From positions 1 through 32,736 of the forward strand of contig JBHGNT010000348.1 in the NCBI GenBank assembly GCA_043228905.1: 32,736 bases of DNA, given 5' to 3'. Positions within the stretch are counted from its first letter, which is position 1. The number at the start of each line of letters is the position of its first letter. The notes beneath the pieces were generated by a model, which was not told the origin of the DNA, did no database searches, and saw only the letters and a program-made list of their open reading frames with translations. The position numbers and the translations under genes were made by a program. This DNA comes from Azolla caroliniana. Taxonomy: Eukaryota; Plantae; Polypodiophyta. Positions 32,539 through 32,736 of this stretch are shown in pieces.

Positions 32539-32736
32539 TTAAAAGTGGCGAATACAAGCGCGTGGGCGAAGATCACATTGTTGGAGAAGGCGAGAGGTTG
32601 CCACGCTTAGAAGTTGTTCCTCCTCACCGGCCTTGAAACGACGACGTTGTTCCTCATCTTGTCGTCCGGTCATGCGATAACGGCGCTCGTCCTCCTCGCG
32701 CTCGCTACTGTCTCTCTCTCGCTCGGCATCCTCTTC
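32539..32736 (-). CDS. Copy 16, 3' end only (truncated by the window edge)
   Basis: Matches the C-terminal coding segment ending ...RACIRHF*, with the stop at 32539-32541. Confidence 0.8.
   Translation of the reverse strand, partial: EEDAERERDSSEREEDERRYRMTGRQDEEQRRRFKAGEEEQLLSVATSRLLQQCDLRPRACIRHF

Larger units (their letters stand above)
1..32736. repeat. Tandem gene array, 2161-bp unit, about 15.2 copies, continuing beyond both window edges
   Basis: Anchor 'acctgatcgtgcgtg' recurs at 1, 2160, 4321, 6482, 8643, 10803, 12938, 15099 and then every 2161 bp. The ORF set repeats with the same period. Units 1, 5 and 6 are 2159, 2160 and 2135 bp, matching the indels I found. Confidence 0.99.

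Noticed and set aside
1-32736. Concatemer of a 2.16-kb circular virus, plasmid or satellite
   Set aside because: No Rep, polymerase or capsid-like ORF. The gene has a signal peptide and a plant RY/ABRE promoter. Block-structured variants fit a chromosomal array better, although an eccDNA origin is not formally excluded.
1-32736. CRISPR array, rDNA/5S unit, tRNA or transposon
   Set aside because: No short repeat with unique spacers, no recognisable rRNA or tRNA sequence, and no transposase, RT, LTR or TIR seen.

Overview
The whole window is a head-to-tail tandem array of a 2161-bp unit (about 15.2 copies, running off both ends, nearly identical). Each unit carries one intronless minus-strand gene for a 345-aa secretory-pathway protein. 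By its Cys spacing and motifs this is an unusual plant 2S-albumin (prolamin superfamily) storage-protein precursor: signal peptide, 3 x 52-aa Arg/Glu/Asp-rich repeats with one Asn each, then an albumin domain with only 6 of the 8 canonical Cys and a long charged loop. About 27% of residues are Arg (hand count 92/345). Each copy has its own seed/spore-maturation-type promoter (TATA, two RY CATGCATG boxes, ABRE TACGTGTC). Eleven copies are intact, three carry 1-bp frameshifts (possibly sequencing errors; one also has a 27-bp deletion), one has a CGA>TGA nonsense change, and the 16th is cut by the window edge. One SNP splits the array into two contiguous haplotype blocks. The family call is by eye; no database search was run and the host lineage cannot be fixed from this window.
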